This document shows, one piece after another, positions 13,173 to 25,080 of a DNA stretch of 64,000 bases. How positions within the stretch are numbered: position 1 is the stretch's first letter; every line of letters starts with the position of its first letter. The stretch lies in NCBI RefSeq assembly GCF_000002075.1, contig NW_004797517.1:141737-205736 (forward strand). Direction: 5' to 3'. Under the pieces are notes generated by a model. It saw nothing but the letters and a program-made list of their open reading frames with translations, had not been told where the DNA came from and did not search any database. Source of the DNA: Aplysia californica. Lineage: Eukaryota. The translations under genes and the position numbers were made by a program.

Positions 13173-14264
13173 AGGGAAGGTTGGGAACATGGGACAACTG
13201 CAGTAGTCATAAACAATGCAGTTCCGTTGTGCCATACTTCTATGAATATAAAGCCCATGTGACCGAACAGCCCTCGAATTTGTTCCTGCCCTCGGCTTTT
13301 GATTTCTTTTCGAACTGTTGATCTCTAAACTTTTGATGCTGATTTTATTGGATTTGCTGAGAGACAATCTCTTCGTTACATGCAGAAACAGAGAAGTATC
13401 AAAAGACATTATTTTCCTTTGTTGTCATTATTTCAACAAGCACGTCCTATTTTCATTTTTACTTTTTGCAAATTGTAAAACTTGCAATCATATGTTGAAT
13501 TTCATCAGGTTGGGGTTGGGATAGATGGGACAAAAAAAACTTTGTTGTTGGGATGCTTGGGACACAGTGTGATGACAGTTATTTTCCTTGTTCTTACTCA
13601 GACTATGATGATACTTTGTCACTGATATTGATTATTTCTTTCTTCAGATCATGCCTCAAAACTACCATTGGAAAACAGAAAGAAAGCAATGCTTGGTGAA
13701 GAATATAACAGCTGTAGTCTTTCATATAAAACCCATTTAGCCGAATCCCTCACTTTTGGGAACTACCTCCAGAATAAAAGGGATGATTTCATTTCCAGTC
13801 AAGTTTACAGTTTAATTGATAGAATTAGAAATTACTTATCAAAGACAAATTCCGGTTAATTGATAACGCTTGTCAGTATAATTTCAGAATTTGTGGCTCA
13901 TTGATGGTTTTTCCCCATTTTATGAAGTGCTTCACCCCATTCTATTATGGTTCTAATTAAAGACCACATACTGTCCGTTTATTGACAGACGTAGACAACT
14001 TTATTTACTTGTCCCATGTATCCTTTTGTTTTGTCCCATTCATCCCTCATCTGTCCCATTTATCCCAACTTCTGATGATGTACGAAACAGTCGCGATGTA
14101 GGAAAACCAACGAGCTTTATTTTCCGCCAATCTGTCCGAAAACATTCCAAGAGGACATACTTTTAGCACAAATTAAAGGTTTATTTAAAACTTCAATCGT
14201 TTCTGAGATATATCACTTTGAGTAAAAAATCCAAAATATTGTCCCACGTATCCCAACCTTCCCC
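13173..14264 (+). mobile_element. Non-autonomous pogo/Fot1-like DNA transposon derivative
   Basis: TIR GGGAAGGTTGGGA..ATGGGACAA / TTGTCCCACGTATCCCAACCTTCCC; internal GGGACA/TGTCCC repeats; relic MPQNYHWKTERK start at about 13651. Confidence 0.7.
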
Positions 14265-14336
14265 TCTCTATTTGCAGTCCGAATTTTCAACCAATCACGA
14301 TTTTGTGGGATACCCTCGCTCGGAGCAACTTCAATA

Positions 14337-14994
14337 GGGGTTGGTGCAAATTCCCCCGCCGCATGGGGCAACTTCGACTAAGGCTGTCGGGCAACTTCGA
14401 CAGGGGACGGATCTTCAACAGTATATTTGTTCTTATTCAACTTATTGTGCTCCCACGACCCCCCTCTCTCTCACAAAACTTTTCTCTGCTGAATTCTCTG
14501 TCTATCTCTCTCTCTCTCTCTCTCTATCTCCCTGTCCTTCTCTTTCCTCGCCGCCTCCCCTCCTCATTCTCCAAACCCGTGCACACACGAAGNNNNNNNN
14601 NNNNNNNNNNNNNNNNNNNNNNNNNNNNNNNNNNNNNNNNNNNNNNNNNNNNNNNNNNNNNNNNNNNNNNNNNNNNNNNNNNNNNNNNNNNNNNNNNNNN
14701 NNNNNNNNNNNNNNNNNNNNNNNNNNNNNNNNNNNNNNNNNTTGCGACAGTTGAGTAGACATCTATAGTCTAGAATTTCTGCTAGTTTGTATCTGACCAG
14801 TCAAGGATTTTGACCTATGATGAAATTGATCATTATACAAACAAGATTAACTGAAATGTGATTGTCTGTTAAAGGTGATTCTGCTTATGAAGCTGGTTTT
14901 GGCTTGGCCTTGAAAGAATCTGAGTTAGGTCGAAATTGGCCCACCCCCTGTAGAAGTTGCCCCGTTTTGCCCTGTCGAATTTGCACCAGCCACC
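14337..14994. mobile_element. MITE with GG...CC ends and TA TSD (contains a gap)
   Basis: TA-GGGGTTGGTGCAAATTC ... GAATTTGCACCAGCCACC-TA; GGGCAACTTC subterminal repeats. Confidence 0.75.
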
Positions 14995-15409
14995 TATTAA
15001 AATTTCATAGCATTGTTTTACAAAAAATTGTGTCTCTAGACAGTTCACTCTCTCAGTTCTAGAGCTTCCACAACTCTCTCAGTTCTTGTAGGAGAGAACT
15101 TTCTCCAAGGTAGGTTATCCATTGATTCCATTTTTCGTGAGAATAGTTAACCTAATTTTGAATACCTAGGCTAGGGGCCTAGGCTAGTATTCGAATATTG
15201 TTCCGTCTTATGGTTGAAAATTCTGTTGTTGTTGTTCTTTCACATTAGATTTAAAAATTGTCCAGGAAAGCCTTCAGGCCTCTCCAGAAGAGACATAAGT
15301 CATTTTTACACGATTGCTTGTAGGCTATCGGACACACCTCCCTGACACAAATACCTCCTGCAGGGAGATGAGAAACTGTTCTGTGCAGGTTGCGACATTC
15401 ACCATAATT

Positions 15410-15530
15410 TAGATTCTACATCTAGATTCAAGATCTAGATCTAGATCTAGATTTATTAGATTAGATCTAATATCTAGATTCTAGATCTAGATATCTAGAT
15501 CTAGATCTATATTCTAGATATAATATCTAG
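15410..15530. repeat. Degenerate (TAGATC)n palindromic array, continuing at 18095-18132 on the other side of the foldback element
   Basis: Directly visible AGATCTAGATCTAGATCTAG runs. Confidence 0.85.
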
Positions 15531-18094
15531 CGCAGTGGCTATTTTTACGGCGAGCCGTAAAGATAGCCTCCCAGGCTATTTTTACGGCGTGCCGTAAAGA
15601 TAGCCTCCCAGTGAGTCCCAGGCTATTTTTACGGTGATCCTCGAAAAGCGACCCTACTCCGCCTCTCATGTACGCGATATGCCTCTATGTATTAGATCTA
15701 GGCCTATAGGGGCCGTTCAAAATATAAACTTACACCTCAGAGGGGAAAGGGTGTCTTTGGCCTCTGTAAGAAAAGTGTAAGATTGGGTGGGGAGGTTAAC
15801 CAAATATGACACTTCTGTGAGATGTACGTTTTGCTCATGACTGGGAAGAAAAGGTAAAAGAAAAAGTGGATAAATGCCAGTAACAAGACCCAGATCTGCA
15901 TGATCACTGCAGATCCCCGTTGGTTTTTTTGCTTTTTGTTGTTGTTGTTTTTTTAGGGGAGGGGGGGAGTACAAATAATTTTGAAATTATGATGAAAATT
16001 CTGTAGGTGGACATCTAATTTCTTAATGTTTCTTTACAACTTTGCAACTGTTTTGTTGATCTTTTAATGTCTTGATGTCTTTTATTTGTAAGGCACGTAC
16101 CTATTGCATTGACAACAGTCTCAATGTCTTCCACATATATGCGTTTCTTTTTAGTCCATATGGTTTGATTAAATTGTATTAACTGAAATGATATTTTTTT
16201 TTACAAGTTAGTTAAAAAAAGCCACGTATAGTACAGGTATCTTTAAAATAATAATGGAAATTGAAGATCGGAAAAAGTACTAATATTAAATTGGTGTAGG
16301 TGGGGGTTGGAGGCAAATGTGAGAAAAGTGGTATTGGGTTTTGTGTTTTAAAAAGTCCCCAAAAGTGTAAGATTATATTTGAACAGCCCCATAGGTTTTC
16401 CATTTCCTCCTCTTCACCGTCATTCTATTCTCTTCTTCATCTTCCTTCTCCCTTCCTCCACCACCACCTCTTCCTTCTTCTCCCCACCATCATCATTAAC
16501 CCTCTCTTTATCATCACCACCACCATCACCTCCTCGTCACTATCATTACCATCATCACTGCCACTGCCAGCATCATCATCTCATTCACTGACATCACTAC
16601 ATGTACCACACCCACAAGAAGAGCGGCCATTTTGAAGTTAACACTTTTCGCCTTGGGAATGCCTTTAAAATGTTCCTCCTTCCTTATAATTTGCACTGAG
16701 CAGATTTTTGATAGAGGTGTAAAAAAAAAATTTTTTGCGTTCACAATTATTAATTTATTAATTATTGTGATGCAATTTCAGGGTACAGGAACACATATAT
16801 TTTTTTACATTCAAATTTCAAAATTTTGCTCAGTACGATTGACCATAGTATCTGTATCTACCATTCCACCAATTTTCATGCAATTTTGTTAGAGAGTAAG
16901 AAGCCTTCGTTTTTTTTAAATTATTGTTTGTTTTGCATGTTGGTGCTGTTTCCATTCCATGGCAACATTCATATTTTCCGACTTATCAAAATTTACTTTG
17001 TTCATTATTTCTTATGCCAGCATAATTTTTTTTCCTAAATATGAATCGGAAAAAGAATCACCCTTGGGGTGAGCTGTTCCCCGTAAAAAAAAGGACAGTA
17101 ATAATATGAGCACATCAGAAAACAAAACACAAAAACTTTAAAAATGCAATCTATTTTATTATTTCAAAGAATCCCACAACAACAAGGTCCTAGTAAAGAA
17201 CATAAAAACATTGAATTGTTTAAGTCCAGAATAAAGACTATAATTATGATAATACTAATAATAGAGGACATTTGATTATAGTGCCTTACTCTCGGTTTTA
17301 ACCAGCTCAAAGTATGTTACATTAGTTTAGTCATTTAGTAAAATGTAGTATAAAATAACAAATAAGGTAGTAGCCTACAAGGCCTACAAGCCAAGACGGA
17401 ATTTATAAGACTGAAAAACGTGTTCTACGTCATCAGTTTGTGACCGCCGTAAAAAGAACATTTCAGTTAATACAATTTAATCAAACCATATGAACTAGAA
17501 AGAACGCATATATGTGGAAGACATTGAGACTGTTGTCAATGCAATAGGTACGTGCCTTACAAATAAAAGACATCAAGACATTAAAAGATCAACAAAACAG
17601 TTGCAAAGTTACAAAGAAACATTAAGAAATTAGATGTCCACCTACAGAATTTTCATCATAATTTCAAAATTATTTGTAACCCCCCCCCCCCCCCCCCCCC
17701 TAAAAAACAAAAAAACAAAAAAAACAACGGGGATCTGCAGTGATCATGCAGATCTGGGTCTTGTTACTGGCATTTATCCACTTTTTCTTTTACCTTTTCT
17801 TCCCAGTCATGAGCAAAACGTTCATCTCACCTCCCCACCCAATCTTCCACTTTTCTTACAGAAGCCAAAGACATCTTTTCCCCTCTGAGGTGTAAGTTTA
17901 TATTTTGAACGGCCCCTATAGGCCTAGATTCCCAGATCTAGATCTAATACATTGAGGCATGTCGCGTACATGAGAGGCGGAGATGGGTCGCTTTTCGAGG
18001 ATCGCCTTAAAAATAGCCTGGGACTCACTGGGAGGCTGTCTTTATGGCACGCCGTAAAAATAGCATACGGCTCGCCGTAAAAATAGCCACTGCG
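15531..18094. mobile_element. Foldback / Mutator-like (MULE) non-autonomous element with about 650-bp TIRs
   Basis: Arms 15531-16190 and 17459-18094 are near-identical reverse complements (CGCAGTGGCTATTTTTACGGCGAGCCGTA...); exact 9-bp TSD AATATCTAG at 15522-15530 and 18095-18103; palindromic subterminal repeats. Confidence 0.9.
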
Positions 18095-18183
18095 AATATC
18101 TAGATCTACATCTAGATCTAGATCTAGATCTAGAGAGATGAAAACAGGAAAGCATAGGCTATAGTCTGTAGTTAATTACTCAC

Positions 18184-18241
18184 CGATTTGCATCGAAATA
18201 CGAAGCTCATCATTCAGCCATTTGCATAATATATCTGTCAT
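18184..18241 (-). CDS. SPEF2: SPEF2 coding exon 1 (MTDILCKWLNDELRISMQI)
   Basis: ATG at 18241-18239; 58 nt; donor G|GTGAGT; resembles the vertebrate SPEF2 N-terminus (MSEILCQWLN...). Confidence 0.93.
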
Positions 18242-18819
18242 TTTGTCTGACAACTGCAGACTCTTGTATTTACCAACACTGAAACAAAAAAGTTAATACT
18301 CAAAATAAGTTGAACTACTTGTCCGCCATTGCAAAGCTTGCAATTGTTACCATGACCACACCGGAAACAGCCCATGTACTGAAAGCTGCACAAAATGTTA
18401 ATATACTAGGCAACACTTACTAAATGTCTAATATAGTGTGATCCAGCCATCATTCATTCCAGAAGTACCTATAGTATTGGATGAAGCCTTATTGACAAAC
18501 GTTTACACTATAAAGTTAAACATTTACGACTAATAAACAAGGGAGATAACTCTTTAAACTTTTCAAAGTGGAGTGAGTTGCTATGCAACCACACACCCTC
18601 AGCGAGGTCAACGCTTGACCTGAAAGTGGAGAGGGACAGCATAGGGCTTTTGAGGACATTCGGAATAATGTAAACAGTACGGCCACTTTGTCCTGCTGGA
18701 GGTTCTAGTGATCCTTATCAAGCACTCTCGTGAAACACTGAAGAGACTTCCTTGTGTATCTTGATTTTGAAGTGAAGCATCAATCACATAGGCTAGATAT
18801 CTAGAGCGAAATCATCGAA
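18242..18819. promoter_or_regulatory. Bidirectional promoter / 5'UTR region shared by SPEF2 and CIMAP2
   Basis: 578 bp between divergent ATGs. X-box-like GTTACCATGACCAC (18346-18359) and GTTGCTATGCAAC (18577-18589); forkhead-like TAAACA at about 18517, 18534 and 18671; CCGCCATT (18323); CCGGAA (18361). Confidence 0.75.
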
Positions 18820-18869
18820 ATGGCCGAAAAGAAATTCGCTGGTGCCCCCTTTGGGACACAGACAGCAAG
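18820..18869 (+). CDS. CIMAP2: CIMAP2/LEXM coding exon 1 (MAEKKFAGAPFGTQTA)
   Basis: ATG at 18820; GAPFG motif; donor AG|GTAAAA; phase 2. Confidence 0.9.
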
Positions 18870-20759
18870 GTAAAAAAAAGTGCCAAGAAGACTTGATTAT
18901 ATTCATGACAACATGTGATGTAATTCTCATCTCTACAGTGAAGTTGTTTCTACTAGGGTTCTATTATATTTTCTGTTTATTGCCTTCATGAAGAGAGAGA
19001 TTTTAAGTGAGAAAGTGTTCACCTCATAACACACTCCACAGTACAGGAAGTTTGCATTTAAAGTCGAAAAACAATTTAGACCTATTGTTTTTTTCCGGCA
19101 AGTAATGAATTATGGCTTTAATGGCAATATGAGAGAAGCAAAAGTAATTATTTTTTAAATTTTTTACTAAAGCAAAAGCAAAAGCAGGGCAACTGATAGT
19201 TCGAGATAAACATGTTGAATTTTATGGTAAATTTTTACTTTCACTCCCGCTCACAGATGCACTGCTTCTGGGGTCAAACTGCAGTACTGTTTGCTACAGA
19301 TCACACGTAAATCCACTAAAACTGTCGCAAATCAATTATTTTCTAGAAAATTTCAAATCTAACTGTAAAATATTATGGNNNNNNNNNNNNNNNNNNNNNN
19401 NNNNNNNNNNNNNNNNNNNNNNNNNNNNNNNNNNNNNNNNNNNNNNNNNNNNNNNNNNNNNNNNNNNNNNNNNNNNNNNNNNNNNNNNNNNNNNNNNNNN
19501 NNNNNNNNNNNNNNNNNNNNNNNNNNNNNNNNNNNNNNNNNNNNNNNNNNNNNNNNNNNNNNNNNNNNNNNNNNNNNNNNNNNNNNNNNNNNNNNNNNNN
19601 NNNNNNNNNNNNNNNNNNNNNNNNNNNNNNNNNNNNNNNNNNNNNNNNNNNNNNNNNNNNNNNNNNNNNNNNNNNNNNNNNNNNNNNNNNNNNNNNNNNN
19701 NNNNNNNNNNNNNNNNNNNNNNNNNNNNNNACAATCAAATATTTCAAAAGCTATTAATTTGCGACGGAAATGAAGTTGATATTCGTGTTCAGCGCATCAA
19801 TATTTAGTAGAAAATGGACAACCTAAGTGTGAAACGGGAGGAAAAGTAAAAAAAATACCAATTTTATTGAACTCATCTGGGATGAAATATTTGTTTTGGA
19901 GCTAGATGTAAATTTATTTCCCTGTTCAGCTAAGGAGTCAATCTTAACATGAAGTTTGATGATTTAAGGGTTTAAGAGTGTGAAATTAGTGAGTGATGTG
20001 AGGCAAGACAAGAAATTGGGCAGAATTGTATGCGGCTCTGAGAAAACCTGTCAGATGATGCAGAATTTTGTTTTGAGATATTGCCGAAAATATGCCTTGC
20101 GTGAACTTCATTTAAAATAGAAAATGAGATTAGATCTAGATCTATATGAAATTTAGAAAGAGAAACCATTTTTACACCTTGTGTTTATAGGGATTTGCAC
20201 AAAAATGATTCTATAAATATTTTAAGAGAATTATTTTTGACAGAAACTAGGAAGATAAGACGAAGCGTAGCCTCTCATCTATTCCGTTGTCCGCAGGCCA
20301 AGTCAGTTCTCGAAGTCGTCTGCGCGTTACGTGAGGCACGCCAGCCAGCGAACCCAGTATTTGCCTATTATAATTAGGCATCCACGATCAGCTGGTCAAT
20401 GTGCTTTTTACCATTCCTAAATAAACGCCTAGATTCTACACCTTGCGCGTGCTCATTAAAACAAAGATAAACAAACATATAATATAGATAAATGAATAAA
20501 TAAAAGCACTTTGAGAAACGAGGTATAGATCTAGATTCTACATATTATCTATACCTCGAATCTAAGGTCTGTCCCTCTAAAATGCAAGTATTACGAGATT
20601 AGGAACACTATTATTTATAACTAAATTTTATAACAACTAGATCCAGAAGAGGTGTGTGAGATTTGTGTAAACTATAGATGGTTCACAGTTTTTAGCTTTC
20701 TATTTGTTTTGTGTGCCTGGCCTCCTTCCTCATTTCAGACTTTCAGCTCATGGTAAATC

Positions 20760-21960
20760 ATTAAAATTACTGTAAGAAAGATTCGGGCAACTTGACTATC
20801 TATTTCCCATCAGCCACTGTCATTTAATGTCAATTGTGCTGCTGTAGGATCAGACAACATTTTCTGCTTCAATAGTTGCTGTATTTGTCTGCTCCCAAAC
20901 ATTCCAAAACCAGGCTTGGAAAATCATTTCAAATGTTCCCACTTAAGCGATTAATTTTTCTGTTCGTTTTTTCAAACCCCCATTTGAACAATTACTGAAC
21001 GGTTTTTGTTCAATCAACTGGTGGTGTCTTTGAGCTGATGTTGTCTGGTCTTGAACTAAATCCAAACAAGCAAAGCACAAAAAGTTTTCAAGTCTTCGGG
21101 CAATGAACCCACCTGCATAAGATACGATATTTTCTAATTGTATAACATGATCCATTTCGCATGATCTTACAATGCTGGCTGCTTGCTTCATTTCATTTGG
21201 CAATGGTATAGCATCTGGAAGGGTCAACGATTGGCTGGTAGGCTGCTGTTTATCGTCGACAGGTTGATGAGGAAACTGTCTGAGTCATCAGAACAATTGC
21301 TGCCTTCACTTGTCAGTGGAATTTTGTCAACCTGCCTTAAAGTAAATCTGAATTGTTGTGGATCAGGATTTGACATCTGGCCATTTTTCCCTCAGATGAC
21401 GGGAAAACAGATTTTCTACACAATCTTGATTGAGGGGAGTGGCCAAGATATATTTGACACTGACAACTATGTTTGTCAAATCATTTACTAATGTCATGAA
21501 AGCATTAATATAGACTAATGTCATGCAAGCATTAATATAGCCTATCCAACCTCTAATGCAGGGAAGATGAACATGTGTTGAACTTTTTGAGGTTCCATAC
21601 TGTAGTTTTCAACCACACTAAGGTGTCATTTAGGAATTTGATATATGAAGATGTAAGGGAGATAGCATGTCTGAATGTAGCAGTGTATTTAGAGTTGGCA
21701 CCACAAGAGTTAAATGTTTCAAAAAGATTGTTAAAAATTGAAACAAAAAACAACAGTTTTTGGCACAGCCTAGCACAAGGCCCTGCGGTTGGCTGAGCAC
21801 ATTTAACGCGCAGACAAATTCAGCCAACGGCCCACCCCTTATACGCTTAGTGCCCTCTACGCCGTAAATCACACATATAGTTACAAGAGTTGCGCATCTT
21901 CTGGTTTCCCTTCTGAAAAGGTTTTTTCATGAATGCCATTTAACCTTCTGTTCCATTTCC
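20760..21960 (-). mobile_element. P-element/THAP9-like transposase fossil
   Basis: Minus-strand motifs FVSIFNNLFETFNS, SQDCVENLF..I*GKNG..SNPDPQQF and IVSYAGGFIARRL...CFAC...GGLKK; many frameshifts; element ends not resolved. Confidence 0.75.
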
Positions 21961-22753
21961 TGCCTTTCAAACCAAATTTGAACTGCTCCTAATTGAATTT
22001 AAGTTCTTTATTCTGCTCTGCAAAGTATTTTTTCGAGTTTAAAATAAGTAAACTGCAAGTTTTGTTTCCAAGTGATTGAGCACTATTGTTTACTTAATTT
22101 CAATTTGTTCCCAAAGTAAACTAAACTTTAACACATTACAGCCTAACTTGCCCGGGAATTCCTTTACGCGCTCCACCCTGACTTGCCCGGAACCGCCCGC
22201 TCCGACCTAGCGTCTTTAGAAACGAAGTTTCGCCTTGACGAGACTCTGGGGCCGAGATTTTGATTTGCATAGCTATTGCAAAAAGTTTCTTCTTTCGTTT
22301 GATACCGAAACGAAATTTTTCGGGCCAGTAGTTTTAGTATTATTAGAGCCGAACGAAGTGCGATTGCGTTACCGACACTTCGTAGGTGTCTCGACTTGTT
22401 GAAAGGCGACACAAATGAGTTCGAAAAAGGAAATAACGATGGATTTGAGCAAAAACAAGCATTATGACAAATAAGATGACTCAGATTTTGATGAAAACGT
22501 TGTAGCAAGAGTTTGGGGCGATTCAGATTGATCAGACGCAGAAAATCTAGAATTTAGATCAAGGGCCCGACAGCGAGGCTGAGAGTAAGAGCGATGGGTC
22601 GGACACCCCGATTGAACTAAACTTAGAACGTTTCCAACAGTTTGCGCATACGTAAAGTTATATTTTTCTGAAACTACATTCATTTTTCGTTTTAACTATT
22701 ATTTTTTCTGGATTTTTTAAATGTGTTTAGTATTTTTAAAATGTGTTTTTTAA

Positions 22754-23796
22754 CTCATTCGCTACGCTGAGCCGTGGGGGGCGGTGCGGCTCAAGTGCCG
22801 TCAGTACGCTAAGCCGCTCCCGGCTGCTCGAGAACCGACGTTCAATTTTAGCTTGGTTTATAATTCCAATCCACATATCCATGTTAAAATAAAGGTCATA
22901 ATATAATGTTGACTTCCGGGTCAAGCGTTTCCACCCTAAATCTGAAGTTTTGATTCAGTTTTGAAACATGATTTCGTAGTTTATTCGACTTTGTTTTATC
23001 GCGAAGCCCAAATTTTAGCCAAGACACCAGTCTTAGTACTTTTACATAACAAAATGTATCATTATTTTGCTCACTAAAGAAGTGTAGGACTCTTTTTTAT
23101 AATATTGATACTATTGGACGCAAATTGCCGGTGCACTGTAATTGAGAAATCAATATTTTTGAGTGCTAGATCTAGGCCTAGATCTAAATAGTCAAAATAT
23201 TTTTTTCTCCCCAAAATCACTTCTTTTGGGTGAAATTAATCAAAAAGTACCACTCAAGACATGTATATAGGTTTATTCCATATGCAATTCTGAATAATTC
23301 CATGTAAGTTACTCGTATTTTTTTCTGTTTGTGATCCTTTTTTCAAAATTATTTTTCAAAATTTTTTTTTTTCAATATCGGATGTTATGATCCAAATGTA
23401 CAAATGTTATGGAATGTATGTAAATAACTGCACATCTTTCAATATTTTCCTGTTCTATATACAGTTATGGTTATTTTGAGGTATCGTTTGACTAGGTGCA
23501 AACATATTTTTTTAGCTTCACCTGAGATTATAAATTTTTTATTTTCCAATTTTATCCGCATCCAATCACAATTGTGTTGCATAATCGCCTCTTACAGGAA
23601 CCAAAGTTGAAAAATACGCAAATAAATAATGCAGATGTATTCTACAAACCATACTGAAAATGTTGGTATATAATATGTTGATATTTATTTGAATTTATGG
23701 CCCCAAAGACCTGTGAACTGCGCACTGGTCATCATCTCATTTCGCCCTCCCGAAAAGAATTCGTCCACAAGCCGAAAATAATACGTAGCGAATGAA
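22754..23796 (-). mobile_element. About 1.04-kb TTAA-flanked (piggyBac-like) MITE, family A, copy 1 (opposite orientation to copies 2 and 3)
   Basis: TTAA-CTCATTCGCTACG ... CGTAGCGAATGAA-TTAA; alignable over its full length to 38202-39244 and 43192-44243. Confidence 0.88.
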
Positions 23797-24041
23797 TTAA
23801 AGGCTTGTATTCACGGGAGGTGGGTTACTTCACCTTGCTTAGGATTTAGGAATGGACTTCCCGTCCAGACCCTTAGGGTGTAATGTGTTAAAATCTGTTT
23901 TCTCAAAACTTCACCTTTGGACCCCTGTGCACTTAAAAATACCATACCTTTTCACAGAATGCTCCAATTTCACTCAAATAAAGTGCAAAATGCTTGGGAA
24001 AGGTGTGCCTCTCAAAGCATGCAAAAAAGTCAATTTTTTAA

Positions 24042-24097
24042 CTCATTCACTACGTATTATTTTCGGCTTGTGGACGCGGCTCGGCGTAGCGAATGAG
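24042..24097 (+). mobile_element. 56-bp termini-only derivative of MITE family A
   Basis: TTAA-CTCATTCACTACGTATTATTTTCGGCTTGTGGACG|CGGCTCGGCGTAGCGAATGAG-TTAA. Confidence 0.85.
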
Positions 24098-25080
24098 TTA
24101 AATTTGCACCATGTGAAGGGTTTTCTCAGAGCCACAAACAATTAAAAAAGATTATTTTCAAGACTTTCCTACAGAGTCAAAGCCATGTTGGCAGTGGCTT
24201 CTCCTGAAAAAATTAAGTCTCCTCTGTTGAATGTTGTTTGTGGATTAGGCAGCAGTTCCTACAAAGATTCTCTACTACCAAGATATTGCACTTCCTCTTT
24301 GAGCTTTTGTCTGCGCCATGCGTGATGGTTTACGTCACTTGCCGATGCGAGATTTGTTTCATCGCCAACTGCTTGGTCTGTGCGTGTGCGTTTCTGTGTG
24401 TGTATTTGTGATTGTACAACTTTGTTTGGGGAGGAAAGGAGGAGGTACAGAATGGTACAGGCTAAATTTATGAAATGGGAATTGCTGAGATTGTTTGGAG
24501 ATAACACAAATTAACACACACAAAAAAGAACAAAAGGGGGAAAAAGGGAAAAGGGTTGGGGGGGGGGGGTGAGAGGGAAGAAAATAAAACTGAAAATGAA
24601 CAGACGAAAGCTAGGAACATTACCAAGATGTTCACCAGTCAATTTCATGTAATTTACTGTCCAGTAATGATGGTATAGTGTTGTAGAGTCTAGCACATTG
24701 TCACTGGTCGACATAATCACAGAATTACTAGACAAATAATGACTTGTGCTATAAAAGTAAATTTCTTTGTCCAACTTAGGAAGTGAACGTTTTGTGGCGA
24801 AACACAGTATTGCTTTACAATTTCTTTATGACTTGATGTTACGATCGTTTATGACAATGTCTGGCAGATTCAAACTGCTTTTGTCTCTTTTTAGTGATTC
24901 AAACAACTATGTTTCCCCATCATCTGGGTCCTTGAAATATGACGACTGGTGCTGTGTAAAGAGAGTTACATTACCTTTCTCTCTCGAGAGAGAGCGTTTT
25001 CAATAGTCTTGTCAGATTGTTACATTTCTTACATGAAAGTTTGATTTTGACTGCAGTGATCTGACCAAATTGACATCATA

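Larger units (their letters stand above)
1..18241 (-). other. SPEF2: SPEF2 (sperm flagellar protein 2) gene, 5' part; coding exons 18241-18184, 10714-10612, 9989-9737, 4010-3793, 3002-2841, 39-<1; gene continues left of the window
   Basis: Six GT-AG exons join in frame (phases 1,2,0,2,2) to give MTDILCKWLNDELRISMQIDQASFAKEFASGYLIGEVLHKYQLQDDFDQFSQSKTADSKLNNFTRLEPMLHLLG...RLKHATPRQTDLNL...KINAASVHIPKPPPNHTLKA. This matches the recalled SPEF2 N-terminal calponin-homology (CH_2/DUF1042) region. Confidence 0.95.

Noticed and set aside
16300-16635. His/Ser/Pro-rich ORFs in the middle of the foldback element
   Set aside because: They are translations of a low-complexity CT/CAT tract with no splice or homology support.
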